In this document: positions 62,580 through 64,000 of the stretch, one piece after another | Layout: every line of letters starts with the position of its first letter | How positions within the stretch are numbered: the stretch's first letter is position 1 | From: Lama guanicoe | Taxonomy: Eukaryota | NCBI GenBank assembly: GCA_013239625.1 | Contig: MU053365.1 | Span: 560,001-624,000, forward strand | Reading direction: 5' to 3' | Length of the DNA stretch: 64,000 nucleotides | Made by a program: the position numbers and the translations under genes | The notes under the pieces: generated by a model | What the model saw: the letters and a program-made list of their open reading frames with translations, nothing else | What the model was told of the DNA's origin: nothing | Databases searched by the model: none

Positions 62580-63400
62580 GGAGCACCAGAGCCGGGGCTG
62601 CGCCCCTACCTAAGTGCTCTGCACTGTGCTAGGGGCTGGGGAGACAATGATAAATAAACGAACCCACACTCCCTGCCCTCGAGGAGTTTACAGGCTATTG
62701 GAGGACAAATACATATAAAGAGGCAATCAGAATGGAGTGTGAGACGCACTTCCACTGAAGTCAGGACAGGGTACCCCGAGGATGGAGAAGAGGGGTACCT
62801 GGCTTGGGAAGTCTTCCTAGAGAGTGTGAAATGTAAAGTGAGAGCAGGAGGCAGTGGGTGAGGAAGCGCTGTGAGAAGAGGTTGGCCAGTGTAGCAAGGG
62901 CCAGGTCAAAGGGATTGCCACATGCTTCACCTATAGCTTCAGGCTACGGGAGGCACTAAAAAATGCAGCCTGGCTGCAAGGTGGAGAAGGCACGGAGGGG
63001 TGGGGCGGGACCAGAGGCAAGAAAACTGGGCGCAGAAATCAGGTGAGATACGATGCTCGCTGGTGTAAGATGATGGCCAAAGGGCTGGAGCTGCAATTCC
63101 AAAGTAAATGAGGAAGGGAGCACTTGATGGTTGGTAGGTGACAGAGCAGGAGGGGGTGAGAGGGAATCTTAGGCACTGCCGGGTTTCTGGGACTGATGGC
63201 AGTGCCACCAACTGTTCAGTGCTGGTTCTGTTGCACACAGGGTGCCTGTGAGAACATCCAAGTCCAGATGTCTAGATGCAGCTGTATATGCGTATCTGAT
63301 GTCTTGTGCATAGCAGGTATTCAGCACAGAGGATGGGGAGGAGGGGAGAGGAGGAGAAAGGCAGAAGGTAATGAGGTTTATCATATGTAAGTCCAAAATC
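62580..63400 (-). mobile_element. L2 3' region
   Basis: gcactgtgctaggggctgggga...ccctgccctcgaggagtttaca...ggaagtcttcctaga...ggtgcctgtgagaacatccaag. Confidence 0.8.
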
Positions 63401-64000
63401 ATTACCCAGCTGGCTTTCTTTAACAACTTTAAATGTTTAAACGTCACTGTCTATTAAACCCATTGGCACACCTCCCCGCATCCTGGGTTGTGCCACAAAG
63501 GGAAGACATTGTATAGAAAGCAACCAGGAAGTTAGAGACACAAGCCTCTGGTTTCACAGCAGGATCAAGTAGAAGGGAAATCAAAGTCTCTAGATAATGA
63601 GCTCTTACCTAAGTACCAATATCATCTTAAGGAGCAAACTAAATATGTAGAAAACTCTAAATCTCATCAACTAAATGACATTTGAAAATGTGCTTTTCAA
63701 CATTTTTTCCTAGTATGAAAGGCACTACTAAATTTTCTGCTGCTACCAAATCAACACATTGATATGCACCTAATTGACTTTAATTAAAAATAAAGAAACA
63801 AGGCTACCACTATGAGAAAACTTTCAACGTCTGTGATCTCCCTAAGTTATTTTTAAACATCTGACAAAATTCAGACACATCCCAAAATGGACAAAATTAC
63901 AGGCTTTTAAACGAGCTCTTGGCAAGATTTTTTTTTTCCCAAATAGTTGAAACTGAAACCTGATCATTTCTTCTGTTTTTAAGAGATGGAAACCCTGTGA

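Noticed and set aside
88..63447. The remaining 60-130 aa ORFs in the supplied track
   Set aside because: Apart from L1-derived peptides none resembles a known protein, many start at non-ATG codons or overlap TEs and microsatellites, and their number is unremarkable for non-coding DNA.

Overview
Non-coding genomic DNA from a placental mammal, most likely a camelid. The evidence is four tRNA-Ala(AGC)-derived SINEs of the vic-1 type plus artiodactyl-type L1 3' ends, and I saw no Alu, Bov-tA or PRE1. I found no supportable protein-coding exon and no true RNA gene; the only ORFs with recognisable protein similarity are fossil L1 ORF2 C-termini. The window is a mosaic of old transposable elements (TEs): MIR, L2, L3/CR1, L1ME/L1MB, MER58A, MER44-like, MLT1B/MLT1D, LTR16A and MER68-like. 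It also holds younger L1 tails and SINEs with readable target-site duplications (TSDs), microsatellites, and several TE-poor motif-dense blocks that look like conserved enhancers. All six LTR pieces and most L1 pieces lie on the + strand, which suggests a long intron of an unidentified gene transcribed from the - strand. I cannot support a new biological system. The most unusual structures are a gapless 80-bp inverted repeat (36479-36558 / 37511-37590, 60/80 identical), CpG/GC-gained patches inside old TEs (about 26079-26170 and 62405-62575), and an exact 24-bp tandem duplication of an ETS-type site (24343-24390). Repeat family names come from recalled consensus sequences, not database searches, and boundaries of the old repeats are approximate.
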